The notes beneath the pieces were generated by a model that had not been told where the DNA came from, ran no database searches, and was given only the letters and a program-made list of their open reading frames with translations. This document shows, in pieces, positions 1-14,300 of a stretch of 64,000 bases of DNA; the stretch's first letter is position 1, and each line of letters opens with the position of its first letter. The translations under genes were made by a program, and so were the position numbers. The stretch is from NCBI RefSeq assembly GCF_000150275.1, contig NW_002060948.1, positions 3,237,183 through 3,301,182 on the forward strand, written 5' to 3'. Source of the DNA: Trichoplax adhaerens. Lineage: Eukaryota > Animalia > Placozoa.

Positions 1-23
1 CAAATTTTTAATTCTGTCGATAG

Positions 24-975
24 GAGCAATTCAAGCTTTAATTCATCAAAGTTCTACAGATCGAAATAACACAAGTGGTATGGAAAATTTAAGCGAAGAT
101 AACATTGATCAAAACCCTTCAAATGATAGCAATAATAGGGATAACAGGTGATTGTCCAGTATAATTAATCTATATCGCGCTAATAACATCACATTTGCTA
201 AGGATATTATGATGTTATGTAATAAATTCGTTATATACAGTAGTCAGTTGTGTTCCATAATACAGACATATAACACTAGCACGGTGCACTCAGAGATTAT
301 TTTTTGATGGCTAATTTTGTTATTATATCACCTACTTTTAGAGCTCATAGCTCAAGGATATCCGAACAATTAGATAAAAATGCTTGGTTTAAGCCACACC
401 TAACTCGGTAAATTTTATTAGTTGGTAATAAATTTATGGTACTTTAGACAATTTTTGATCATTGAGTTGGTTATATTTTTTGTTATCAATTAAAATGCTC
501 TAGATAGCATGTTATCGCACCACAAACTCGTATATAGTGTTCTCAGGATAGTATTTCTAAATAATAAAATCGTCAACTCTATAAGGATCAATTTTGATTA
601 TCTATTTAGAAAGCAAACAGAAGCAAAATTACTTGAGTACGATCACATTGGGAGATTTCTTATCAGAAAAAGTAAAAGCGATCCACATAATTATGCTCTA
701 TCACTTGTTGCTCCAAGCTCTAAACCGGATGATGAAGCTATGATCTATCATTATAAGATTCTAATGAACAATGGTCGACCTAATATAGAGGTTGTATTAA
801 TATTTGCAATAGATAATGGTTTTATAGAAAGGTTATTATACATTGCATGCAGCATTTTACTAATTGTATACCTAATTGGCTATTATAGGGCTTTGACAAG
901 ACGTTTGATAGCGTTCCAGACTTGGTTGAATACTATTCTAAAATACCTGACCTAGTTTGTGCGCTTAAGCCGTAA
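24..975 (+). CDS. 3' part of a protein with a C-terminal SH2 domain (adaptor-like); 5' end lies outside the window
   Basis: Phase-consistent AG/GT exons 24-147, 342-407, 610-790, 889-975 (TAA). They splice to ...KNAWFKPHLTRKQTEAKLLEYDHIGRFLIRKSKSDPHNYALSLV...IYHYKI...GFDKTFDSVPDLVEYYSK...*, which shows the SH2 hallmarks (WF, GxFLIRxS, YALS, HYKI, F.S.PDLVEYY). Confidence 0.9.
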
Positions 976-2555
976 TAGTTATTGTACTACAAATATATAA
1001 AATACATCTAAGTAGTATAATATTGTATTTCTTGATCGAAATGAGTTTGATGTTGATTTTGATTTATTTTCTGGCAAAGTTCATATTTATAATATTCTTT
1101 AATAGTACCATAGTTATTTGTCGAGAGTGTATTTTTCTTTCATGATTGAAGTTCATGATTTCATAGCCTAATTGCAATATACGAAGAAAAATGACAATGC
1201 TTTCCCCATTGAATCAAAACGATAATTATCCTTTACATGTAACCTAGACGTAATCGTAGACATGGCAGCTACATTGTCTATTGTGATATTTCGGAAGGTT
1301 GAGACTTCGGTATTAGTCGCAATAAAGTACAATAGAATAGTTAACGGAAGAGTAACCTTTATTGAGCTAGTGTACGAGAATAATCATGTAAGATTATCGT
1401 GCGAGTAACAACGTGATTAGTCGAATAACTATAGTAGTGTAGAATAGGTAAAGCGTGTAACGGTGTTAGCTTACCGTGTAACTACCAGAACTAACTAACG
1501 AAATAGACGAAAAAACATAGCTTTTATAATGTTAGCAGCACAGTAGGAGGAAATTATTTATAGACGCGAATGATTCATGAAAATAGGTTACCTCTATGTT
1601 AAGCTAGTGCTACGGTATAATCTAGCTAGAGTAGAGTACAAAATATTTCTACAGAGTAAATTGTTAAATATAGATCATACATATTTAAAGTTATGTTACA
1701 GTCTTAGAGTTATGCTACGGTCTAGTGAAAACTAGTACTTTTACTAAAAATAGGCTATACCACATTTAGAAGTAAACACCTCATCTATAACTAATGATTA
1801 AATAAGAATAAGAGCTACAATCTTGGGATAGTCACTCTTATCGATTATCGTATGCATTGGAAATCTGCTGACTTCTTGTAGATACCATAGTGTACTCTAT
1901 AAGGGTGAATGTCAGTCGATGCTTTCTGATAACATTTTGAGTCTATTTTCGTACAATAAAGTATCAGATAATACAAATTTATATTTGCTGCTAAGTATTA
2001 CAAATCCGTTTTACTCGAGAAAGCGACTATAAGTCATGTAGTTCAATCATTTTAAACGTTAATAATATCAACATAATATACAATCTTAATTCTAAATACC
2101 GATAATTTGGTGACATAATACAGCATAATTTAGATATCGAGTTAATAATGAAGCTAATAGGGTTTGATACATGCTAAAAATATCCAGCTCTGCAATAGTA
2201 TACTGTAAATGTTGTGCTTTTACTTAAACAAATCGTGCATTACATTAATAGATCGAAATAGTATGCATAGATATCATCAATTGGAAGAAGCTAATGATCG
2301 TAGTGTTGTAAAAAAATAATCTATAATATAATTTTTGGAATTATATTTTCCCGTTGAAAAGTTTAGGTATGGAGCATAGTTTACTGATTGCTAACTGAAA
2401 CAGTTTTTAATAGCAATACCATTAATTAAATTCAGTAACGACATATTGTTTTTGAACTGGTTTTAATAAATCCGAATTAGACTTTATCAAAATGTTATTT
2501 GAAATTCATAGCATAGATGCTTTGATGATAGCGCATAGTACATTATAGTTGTACG

Positions 2556-2677
2556 AGTTTAGTATAAGTATAGTACAAGTTTAGTATAAGTACAGTACAA
2601 GTTTAGTATAAGTACAGTATAAGTATAGTACAAGTAAAGTATAAGAACTAGAACAAGAACACTAGCACTAGAACAAG
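2556..2677. repeat. Minisatellite with ~11/22-bp period (AGTTTAGTATAAGTACAGTACA) decaying into AGAAC/AGCAC units
   Basis: Direct tandem copies are visible at 2556-2645, followed by degenerate units. Confidence 0.85.
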
Positions 2678-5600
2678 TAATAAACAACTTGAGTGATAAT
2701 AATATAATTATTAAAACTGAGATTCGCACTCACTGTTTATCGCTTGTGTCGAAAATACTACGGCATATAAACTTGATAACATCTACGAATATCAAGTATT
2801 CTTCATTATTACATTTGTGAACGATAAAAAATAGCGTTAATAATCATAACAGGAAGCAAATTGAATTTAAGAGGTGATTTTATTAATAATTTATGTTATT
2901 TCTGTACGATCCAACCGTAAATAACTTGATTCTTACACTAGCTATTATTGTCTATAATTGACGAAATTCTACTTTGAAAATAGAAAAAGCTATCGGTATC
3001 ATCAAGAAAGACTATTGTTAGATAGTTACTGTAATTTTATTTAAACTGTCAACTATTCTGAAGTAATCTCTGTATATAGCAATTACTTTTCATAGTACAG
3101 CATAATACTATGATATTAATTCCTAGATATGATGTCAGTGGTTAAAGTTTGTATTGATTGGTGATATACTATGCGGAATCTAAGATGAATTTTCAGTATA
3201 AGAAATACGTGTAAGATGGGTACAAATCCAAGACCTAGCTGAAAATCATACAGTAACGAATTTTGCATAACAATTACCGTGCTTTAAAAGCTAGAACATT
3301 ACAGCAAACACTTTAATCGGATCATGTCCATTTTTCAGCCGATATTATATTGACTAAAGTCAAGCACTGTATACTGTAGGAAAAGGATAATAGACCTAAT
3401 GGATTAACATCAAATGTCCAATAAGCTTTTAGTTAATTTGATGATGCGATTCTTTAGCTTAAAACTAATAGACGTTCGGTTAAGGTTAATTAGTAACATT
3501 ATTAATTGGTAATCTAATAAAGCACCTATCTAATATTTTTAGTAGATCTTAAATAATAAATATCTCTTTTAACTAATTTTTTCTCTATATTTGTCGATGC
3601 TTAGAGTTATTCTGTTATCAGTATTGTAACAGTAATTCTCATGCTATACATTATTTATTACATAAATTATTTCATTCATTTCAATAATCCTAAAATGAAT
3701 GTAACGTAACGCAATGGAAGAGAAAAATAATATCAAGGAATCTAGTTAAATACTAATCTTTTGTATTAAATGATCAATTGCCAAGATCTGGTTATCTTTA
3801 TGCCTTCGACGATATACTATCGGAAAAAGGTATCATATACCTAGCAAACTAACATAACAACTTCGACAGGATATCTCTAAAAAATTAGGGGAATTTTCTG
3901 GATTATCAATGATTTAAATAATATTTATAAAATGACAAAAAATGTTAAATTTATGATACCATTCTTTAGCTCCCAATTGGTCGATGATAGAACGACTTTC
4001 ATTATTTGGTATCTAATAGCGATCTTATCCAGGTCGCAGGCTATATGTAGTAGTTATTAGTTGATAGATATTTTCGCTCATTAATTCTATCTTCCATTTT
4101 AGTCGACATTCAAAATTTATTTGTTATCATCAATAATAGGACAACAATTCTCGCACGACGTGTTGAAGTTTTCATCAATAGGATAATTAACTAATCAATG
4201 AATTCCTCAATTCCAAGGTGAATTTAGGTTTCATGTGCAATAGAAGAAAAATCATTAGCATAGTAAAGTTTAATTAAGTTGCTAATTCTAGGCATTCAGC
4301 GATAGACAGTTCATAATATAGTATTGTCCGTTGGCTCATGATTTCGATCGTAATTGATAATATAGCATGACTCATAAAATGATAAATCGTATGATTCATA
4401 GCACTATTGTTTAGTTACTGTCAATATCATTAGTTTATTTGGCTCCCGATGAGAAGAAAGTTCAATTCCGAAGGTGCAATAGCCTAGTAAACATATTTCA
4501 ATGAACAATAGCAAAAGCAAAATAAGAAATAATTATCAACTTTGTGTTGATACAGAAGTAGCTGCTTATTTGTAGATATCATAATACATATTTATTCTTG
4601 TACACATGTCGTAACGTGGTAACCAATTTTGAGCTACTAAATTCAAAATGCCTCCGGCGATGGCAATGCCCTAGATTATAATAATGATGAATACAATTAC
4701 TGTTTGTCAATTAATTATGACATTTAATAAGATCAAGTTATTCTTGCATTTGCCTAATATTGTCGATTAAGCAGGAGACAAGATCGCATTTTGGATTGAT
4801 TGAAAACGTTGATTGATTTTATTATTTAACTCTAGTCTTCAATCTTTCCATCGCTATTGTAATTATTATTCATTCTCTATTGCAGTACGATAACCAGGGG
4901 CTTGCCGAACTATCAATCATTATGTAAGCTAGGCTTGTCTGAAAATCGGTCTAGTAGAATATATATTAGTAATATATTGAAAGCCTACTTAGCATGCCAT
5001 TGGATTTCCTCTGCTTACTTTACCAAAGTTATATTGATTTGAATGCTATCCGATGACATTAGCTTGTATTACAATGAACATTATCTACCTATGTTGTGCT
5101 TTACTGGCATAATGATTGTTATAATAGCCATCAATATTAAGTCACTTTACTTATACAACAAGAGCTTGCACGATACTGTTAAAGCCTATTAGTTACTCTT
5201 GGCTACAATCTAATCGCTATTATTATCTGGTGTAGAATATAGACTGAAAGGGTGTGCATAAGTTAGTAGCCAGCTCTAGCCTGCATTAAAGTAAATCTAT
5301 TAAAGTTGTATATTTTACATTACTTTATGTTATCAATCGGTATACGAGAAGAAAGTTTAACATTGGCATCTGACCGAAAATTTTGTGCTTCTAACCCGGA
5401 AGGACTTCCCGGAAGCCTACTTTCTATACGATTTCCAATTAGTCTACAATAGCGTTAAGCCATTAACGATTTTCTGTTATAGTTATACTGTAAAAGGCTG
5501 ATTTACTTCTTGACTGGACAATAGAAGAAGGTACTAATCCTTTATTATTATGCAGTGCGTCATAAAGTGCAGAAATGCAATCGAATATTAAAGAGAGAAA

Positions 5601-6617
5601 AATAGACGGCTTTTACTGTATTTGTATTCAACTGCATTGTTATGACTACTATTATATCCTGCTGCTAGATAAGTGATAAAATCAGAAAAACAAAACAATA
5701 ATAATTCTATTAAACCCCTTAAAAAAACATAGTTACAACAAAGAATACTATTGATATAATAAGTCCATCAGTCAAGGTTAACGATTACTAGATTTAAAAT
5801 ATTATACAGCATTTGTTTAAAATATGACTTGTTATTCTAATCGTCAAGCATTATCATGGTAATCCATAAATCTATCTTGTGTCTGTATCACACGACTTTG
5901 AAACAGTTAAATAATTAATTGATTGAAGGCTGCAAAAGTAGCTTAAAGTACTATGTAAGTGCACACGACATGCAGTATGTAAAGTCAGAGAGTACTCGAG
6001 AAAAAAGCAATATAGTCTCTGCTAAAGTATACTCACTGTCAGTATAGAACAATATTAAGGAAATATTTTTAATATATCTATGAGTATAACGTAGGTATGT
6101 TATCCTTGTTGCCGTGACACTCTACTATAGCAAGATTTCATCGGCTTAACGCATTATTTTTCAATTCTGCATGACTATCTATCAATCACTGCTATTGCAA
6201 GGATGTCACTAGAAAGTAGACATTAGTATCATGTTAGGGTATACTTGGGTCTAGGGCATTTTATGCCGAGTTCTACGTAATGGTAATGGCGATCCTTTTG
6301 CTTTAATTTGATGATGCATTGATATCCTGTGGTTTATGCTTACTTCAAACACAGTTCTGCGCTATCCTGTACTCGATATCTATCGATGTATTGAGTGATT
6401 ATAGGATAGAGAATACATCTAAATTTGGCATTGGTATTCGTTTACTTCGATGTTGAAGTATCTATTTATTTACCGTTGATTCATTTTAATCATTTAATAA
6501 TAATAATGTCGATTTGAACTATTTTACTTTGGAGAGTTGCCATCGATACCATGTCGATGCAGTAGATGGTGGTATAGAATACGCATGAGTCGAGCTGCCT
6601 TGAACCAGTCGCTTCTG

Positions 6618-7175
6618 GAGTACAGTACAGTACACTACAATATATTGTACTACAGTACAGTATACTGTACAGTACTGTATCGTACGATGAGCTACAGTAC
6701 AGTTGTTACTATCCGAGTGAACTCATGACAATGCATGCTGACAGTACACATAATTTTCAGATTATGATAGGTTATTTATTACTCTACATTTCGGTACACT
6801 TTTTTGGCAAATTACTGCACGATTTGGCCATGCTCATTTTAAATTTGTGCGCTGGGATAATTTTTGGACACTCTGTACACCTGTCGATGGTTTGGTTAGA
6901 CCCTAGGGCTGCAATGACTCATAATAATGCAGTCATCCGTCGAGCGACGTACTGTACAGTACGTCACCAGAAGAAAGCAATTCATAGTCGTGACAGTGAG
7001 TCAGTGGTACAGTACTTTATACTCTTGAATACAATAGGCGGCTGGTCCAGCAACGTAGTGTACAGTACAGTACTGTGCGTACTGTGTCCAATACCAGAAG
7101 AAAGAAATCCACAGTCGTGACAGTGAGTCAGTGGTACAGTACTTTACACTCTTGAATACAGTAGGCGGCTGGTAG
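6618..7175. promoter_or_regulatory. TACAG/CTGTA-rich island, probable distal promoter of the PLEKHG5-like gene
   Basis: Dense TACAGTAC/GTACTGTA words and raised GC. TGA(C/G)TCA occurs at 6915, 6997 and 7124, followed by TTTTAATTAATTT near 7330. The gene has a 5'UTR acceptor at 11202, so an upstream first exon is expected. The promoter role is inferred. Confidence 0.5.
6966..7173 (+). repeat. Local direct duplication, two ~81-bp copies (6966-7046, 7093-7173)
   Basis: ACCAGAAGAAAG..AGTCGTGACAGTGAGTCAGTGGTACAGTACTTTA.ACTCTTGAATACA.TAGGCGGCTGGT is present twice with few substitutions. Confidence 0.92.
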
Positions 7176-10100
7176 GCTGGTACTGCCATTGCGCTGTGTA
7201 TTGTATTGGCTGGATTGGATGGCAGACGTCACTAAACAATCGGTTGGAAAGTCCCGTACAACCAGTGGAGAGCAAGGCCTAAACTTTGCTGGACAGAGGG
7301 CCTTTGAATTCATTGAAAGTAGATCATTTTAATTAATTTCCCGTAGGCATTGCCAAAAGTGGTGCTAATTTACCGGTACGATAGACGCAAAGATTGAATG
7401 ATTGCAGGTAAATTGGAGAAAGGACAAGTAGTAGTGTATTTGAGCAGCTGGTAAGGCAAAAGTTTGTTTTTGCTTGTGGTGATCGACAATTGGAAAGAAA
7501 AGTTGGACTTTTCAAAGGCAGATTCTACATTAATTAATTATTTTATCAAGACGGTGGAGAGAAAGAAGTAGGTACTATTCAAGTCGAGGTACAAGTAAAA
7601 TGGGCTCTAGTCTCATGCTATTTTCGTTAGCTGTTTTTCATTTTTTTTTTCTCCTCTGATTAATGAGAAATGACTACGTAACAGCATATCATTCATTTCG
7701 ATATCAGTGAAAGACATGCATTTTGAGCCGATAAAGAAAGCTACACTCCATTGGAGTCGATAGCTAGCGAGCTAAGTTAACTCGCTTGTAACGTTATAAT
7801 TCTACTTTCCAGTAGATGAATCAATTAATGAACTATAATGTGAAGTAAAATTACCAGCGTTCTTCATGTTATATCCATGGGAGAGAAAAAAAATTGCCAT
7901 TTACATTGTAGCCAGTGATGAACAAATTGTATTGACACGGCCTTTCCTACTATTGTATTTATAATTTTGGGTGATATCCACTCGCGATACGAACAGAGTA
8001 ATACTATGGTAGGCAACAAGCTATTTTTTTTATTATTATGTATTGCTGAACTAAAGAATTACGTATTTCAACTACATTACAGAAATGGAGAACGATTGTG
8101 GGCTAGGATTGCTAGCATTTCCATCGTCATGTTTTACTTTGTACTACATTTATAACCTAGTACAATAAGTAAAATTAAATTAAATGACTATTCAATCGGA
8201 CTGTACTATATACTATTTATGTATTGACCAGCAATGTCTAGTTATTCCATTTTGCTAATACAATGGTCATCAAAAGTGATCAAAAGGCGTCTGTTTCTTG
8301 ATTAGGACTCCTCATGATGACGGTTGTTAGATGCAAAGAATGGAGTAGATCACTTTCGACATCATTAGACATTATGACTACAACTGAGTACAAGTTTTAC
8401 AAACTAGCAAAACACCCCATGGACTAAACATGACTAATATAGTCATCAACATGATCAATGTTGTTGTATGCTTGCTGCGGGATAGAATACTACGAAGTAA
8501 GTGCGTAGTCTCCAGCGCTGTCAAATTGCGTCCATTTGCTTGGATTATATAGTTATTATTGATACTTTTCGATATCCAGACGATTGGCTATCTCGATTAA
8601 TTTTGACAGATACAGATACTGTCTGGCTCCCCGACATCTGACTATATAGCCTACCGGGTTACTACAGTTAGCGTCTAGCCTCGGAGTAGCTTCTGCTACG
8701 ATGCTACACCGATCATCAATCAGTATTATCGAAATATTCTCCATAATAAAGAGCCGTTTTTAATTACAAATTTATGACCCAACTAAAAAAAGGTCCAGTC
8801 CTTTCATAGCTTCGTCATTACTACTTCCCATAGAGTGTTTCAGACGATATGAATCAGTGCAGTCTAAGTAATACACACAGCAATAAATAGCTGTTGTTAC
8901 CCCTCTTCAAAATGATGTTGTGAACATACAGTCTAGCATTGACTTTTCAGTACTGTATGAATGTAACAGTTTATCATGTCCATGCGTACCATTGCGACGT
9001 AACAATAACATCAGAATTGATAATATAATTATACAATTATGAGCGTAACAATCCCACCTAGGGTTATGCTTTACTGGATATTACTCCTCTACGATAGTAA
9101 AATGAATAGAATAATTTGTCGTGAAAAATTTTAATAGGCTCCTTTCGTTAACACTATAAACATCCAAAACAAGGATGTAATTCAAAAAAACGTTTGATAA
9201 ATGTGACTACACTACTTTATTACAAGTACGTACATGCCTGCCTGTCAATTAATGCACTTTCTTATAGTGTTAACTATCGTCATCCATGTCATAGTCGCCA
9301 CAATATGTAAAATTTTACGACCAAGTACATGTAATACTCGAGTGCAGAAACAGTACATAAAATGAGATTCATCCCTACACTTAGCAGTGCATTTCTATCT
9401 TAATGTATTTCCAAATAACTGAAACAAGACCGAGTTATTCGAACTCAAGTCGCTATTTAGCACTGCAATGACTCACCAAATTTTTTTGGCTTTTTTCTTA
9501 CCAATATGCGAGCAAGCGAATACCTTCCATTTATACAGTATTTTAGAGACGTTTGATGATGATTGTGTACAGTATGTAAGCATAAAATCTCCTGATCACA
9601 TTACTTATACACGTAGTACTGTAGATATTTTTTGAAAGATACCGGTATTAATCTAATATAATCTTTATCGTTGAATGTGCTTATGGTACGAGTTATAATT
9701 TTTATTAATTAGCGGAATGGGCGGATGAAATAGAGTTTATTTGGTGACAACTGGAGATGTATCGATTCGTGTATCGGAGATTTACAGTAAGACTATGACA
9801 TTGGCTATCGAAGTACGGTAATGAGCAGCACGGGTTGTAAATTCTTACAGCAAGTAAATACTCTTGGAGTCTTAGTGTTGGTACTGTTATGCCTCTGGCT
9901 AGTAGAACCTTTGCGAATAGTGATACAGTGATGCACACAAGCTTAATGTTATCGATTTTTAACGGAATGAAACAGGATGTAATCAATGGTCGAAGAAGTT
10001 TACAGTAGTAAGATTTATATGACATGCATCACATTTTGATATACTGTATTTCGCACATTGTTGCTGACATGTAAGACATGTTTATTACAGCTTAAATATG

Positions 10101-10279
10101 CGGTACTGAACAGTACAGTACTTACTCCTTGTAGAGATACGTATCATGCGTACTACTATAGTGTACAGTATTCTGGACCAGGACACAGTACTGTACTGTA
10201 TGCAGTGTACAGTAGAACTGTTCTTCAGTTCTAGATGAACAATCTGCTGTACCTTATTATTTGTTTCCAATCCAAAAGA

Positions 10280-10452
10280 AAACAGTTACGATGGCCTATG
10301 AAGATCATGAAAGTCACTTTCATGGGCCGTCGTAATTTTATTTTTCCATCGGGCAAAGTTAGTTTAAACAGTTACGATGGCCTATGAAGGTCATGAAAAT
10401 CAATTTCATGGGCCGTCGTAATTTTATTTTTTCCATCGGGCAAAATTAGTTT
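10280..10452 (+). repeat. Tandem duplication of an ~86-bp unit, each copy containing a 17-bp-arm inverted repeat
   Basis: Units 10280-10365 and 10366-10452. The arms TTACGATGGCCTATGAA / TTCATGGGCCGTCGTAA are identical in both copies. Confidence 0.92.
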
Positions 10453-11363
10453 TGTGTATCGAGTTGCTAACTGATCATGGATTATCAAGTAGCTATTCAC
10501 TGTACAGTATACAGTAATACTGTTAGCTATCTGAAGCGCTACTAAACGTCAAATAGAAGTATGCGAGACAATTAATACCTAATAATATAATCTTTAGTAC
10601 ACAATCTCATCTCGAACAAATAACGAATATCAATTCACTGTATAGGAAAACTTTTATAAAGTAAACATTCTTAGAGTTAGATCAATGATCTACTCATCTA
10701 CTGTTATGCGAAGATGATGAAAATTAAATTTGATTTTAATTATTGTACGCGACTTGTATAAGAATACGCGTAAGAAAATGAGTGCTTTTCTATCGGATTT
10801 TGTCTGTAATTCACCAAAATCGATTAAATGATAAAAGTAGGATATGACGGACGTGCTAGCATATTAATTAGTTACGTATATTTTATTAAACTGCATTACT
10901 TCTGTCACAACTTCAGTACCTCTTGATTACTCATAACTTCACAGAATACAGTAAGTAGTTGATAGAATAAGAAATTCAAGTTACGGAATAGAAATAGCAT
11001 GACAGTATCTACCTACGGGCTATTTTTTACTTTATTTGTCTTGTAGTAGTTTCTGTAAAAATTTATGTAATTTCTGCATATTCACCAAATCGAATCAAGT
11101 ATAGTCGTATTATATACGCGTATACCGCATATTCAGCATTTTATCCTATGCAGAGTTGTCTTGATCTTTTAATATCTATGCTATATATCTTGACTTTTGC
11201 AGATTTAATACACAATTGGATTAAATTGGAGGTGTTAACTATCGACCAATTAACCTTTCAAAGCTAAGCAACTGTGTCATTAATCCTTGGTAACAAGAGA
11301 CGATATTGCCCAAATTTTTGAGAGACCGGCCTCGTTATTTATCTGGTTTGTAACGCTCTTACA

Positions 11364-14300
11364 ATGTCATCTTCAAACGCCAGCAATCAAGATAACGTTA
11401 CTGCAGCAGCAGTAGATTCCAACGATGGTAAAAACTGTACTGTACTGAAAATTTTATTACTATCTTGATATTATTACGAGTCAACATCAGCTACCAATAA
11501 ACTGTGCCTATTCAATATCGACATTTGATTATTTGTTATCCTTCTATATTTTCACTAAATACTCTTAATGCAGATGTTAGCCAGTTAATTTTCATGCAAT
11601 TTTACCAAATTTTTTTTCAGTTGCAGGCGACGGACATGCTGATGATCAAATCAATACATCAAACCGGAATGATGATATCGACAGCTCTCATGTATCTGCA
11701 ATCCTTAGTTCTGCATTAGATAACGCTCCTAATAAAGAGACTACTGGAAAGTATGAATTGTATACAATAGTTTTTATAGATAGTAGTAGTTCTAATACAT
11801 ACATACTTTTACAGTATAGCATGATTGCTATTATAAACACAAATCAGTGAGTGGTACGGTCATTGTAATCGATCACTATGATGTAGAAATGTAATAGTCT
11901 ATTAGTATTACTAGCTAAGGTACTCTGTATCTTTATTGTATAGCAATAAATTCATGCTTATAGAATATTTCATACAACTTTTCATGTAACTACTGTATTC
12001 ATTTGGTATAGATTTTCACTGATGTCTTCTGTATTCGGAAAGAAAGACAAAACTGGAAAAAGAATTAATACGGAGGTAAACCGCAATTATAATTGCACTC
12101 TTACGGCTTTCAGAAATTATTGGTATAAAGCATGTCAAGATTTGATTATAACTGTAATTTCTCAAAAAAAAGGACGGCAAGTGTTTAAAAGTATCATGGC
12201 AGACTGATAACGGAAAGTGTATTCAAGAAAAAGCATCAGTATCTAAAGGAAAAACATTACGGTAGTTTTATTCATTACAACATCTAATCAATCTCTGATT
12301 AATTATATCCAATGACATACCTTTCATGAAAACGTTAGATTGATCTTGTAGTCTTATTGTGGATCACCATTTAAACAATATTTCTTTGGGCCTGTAATTT
12401 AGGGAAGTTTTACAGCAATTTTACGAAAAGCACGATTTAAATTTTCAAAACTACAACGTTTATTTGGAATCTTCACAGTCTGCGTTACCGTATACCTTCA
12501 ACAGTTATCCGCTAGGTGGTTGTACTATTCATGTGAAAGCAGGTAAAATTCTAAATTATACGGTATAAACCTATTTGCTAGATGAACTTGATTTGAGTAG
12601 CTTAATATCAATCCTCTTTCTGTTAAATATTTCTACTACTTATCTGAAACCATATTAAACTAACTAACTTGTCATGATTTTTAGTTGATGAGCAAATTCT
12701 TAAGAAGACTAAAGCAAAACAGAAAAGGCCTGCGGCAATAACAAAAACAGACAGTAAAGATTCGCTCACTGATACGAATGATAGTCGAAACCAGAGTCTT
12801 AGGGTATAAATTGAAATACACATATAATACTCTTATAAGTAATAGAAATGGATCCAAATTTTCTTTATTTTAAAATAAAAATAATGTTGTTTTAATCCCT
12901 TAATCAACAATCTTTTAGTTAATATTCTTGTTACGCTATGATTATTTATAGAAGAAACCAGATTCTAATGAGCCACCTGTTAAACCACCTACTCCAATCT
13001 CTGAAAACTCTGGTAGTATATCGAAAAAGAGTGGAAGTAAATTAGCTGCAATTTTCAATAACTCATCAAAAGTATGCATGATCGCTTAAGCTATTACTGA
13101 ATAATAAATTGAAATACTATAAATTTGACGCTTGATTAATGATAAAATATACCTACTTTGTTAATTAAAAGCAGTCTGAAGGCATCAAAACTTTAGCAGA
13201 TTCTTTAGAAGAAATAGAATCTACTTTCGAAGAGGAGAAGGAAAATTACATTGAAGAATCATATACATTTCTACTGGTAAGAGCTTTCTTATTTATTAAT
13301 ATATAGGATAGAGAATCTAGGGATTCTTTCACGACTTTAACGACTTTAGCAATTAAATATGAAACAATTCATACCTTTTTGTTATTTTAGAGTGATTCCT
13401 GGAGAGACTATGTAGAGGGATCAGAGGTATGTTTATGTAACGAAAGTGCTTCCTACGGAGTAGCTAAAAGATTACCTGAGCTCACAAATTTTTGTTGCTT
13501 ATCTAGGAATTAAATAAACGCCAAATGGACCATCAACAAGCTATATGGGAGTTGTTATCGACTGAAGTTGGCTACTTACGTGATCTCAAAACAATTTTAC
13601 AGGTCCGTGAGGAAATGATCTACATATAACTATAATTATTACCGGTATACATTATCTTAATCTAACTTTGTATATTTTAAATAGGTTTTCCAAGGAAGCC
13701 TTTGCAGACTTCGTGCAGAAAATTATTTGCAAGATGTTAGTGCAATACAGTAACTGTTGATGATATGTTTTTATCGTCGAACTGTATGAATTATCCTCTC
13801 TTGTATATTAGTCTTCCTAATTATAAAATATCATTGTAAATTATGACAGGTGGAAATCAGTAAACTGTTCTGCAACATTTCTGACGTTTACGATTCAAAT
13901 GCAATATTATGGAAAAATTCATTTGCCCCCATTGTTGATCAAGTAATGTTACTTCTTAATTGTTTAGTAGTATTACTTATCCTTAGAAAACACCTTAATA
14001 GGGAGAATTTTTATTAATGATTTACCAAATTTTGCAGTTAAAAACAACAAAACAACCCTTGACGCTTGGTTGCGCGTGGGAATCGTTTAATGCCACGGTA
14101 ATATTGTAATATCCTTTTCAATAAATTTACACCTTGAACTAAAAAAATGTATAGTAGAAGTACAAATATTGTGCGAAGGTTATTATGTATTTTGGGCATT
14201 ATCAAATTTGAATAAAATTTCATGGTAAAAAATAGCTGAAGCCCCGATTTACTTTATTTACCCTTCTTATTAAACGCTAGATAAGGGAACATTTTACTCC

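Noticed and set aside
5396-5415. Two CCGGAAG (ETS-like) words overlapping TTCCCGGAA (STAT-like)
   Set aside because: Short isolated motifs with no supporting context; they are compatible with chance.
8556-10025. Minus-strand ORFs of 62 and 106 aa in slightly GC-richer patches
   Set aside because: No homology is recognisable and there is no convincing splice structure.
13169-13174. NAGNAG (AAGCAG) tandem acceptor in the RhoGEF gene
   Set aside because: A common feature that changes one Gln; recorded only as coordinate ambiguity.
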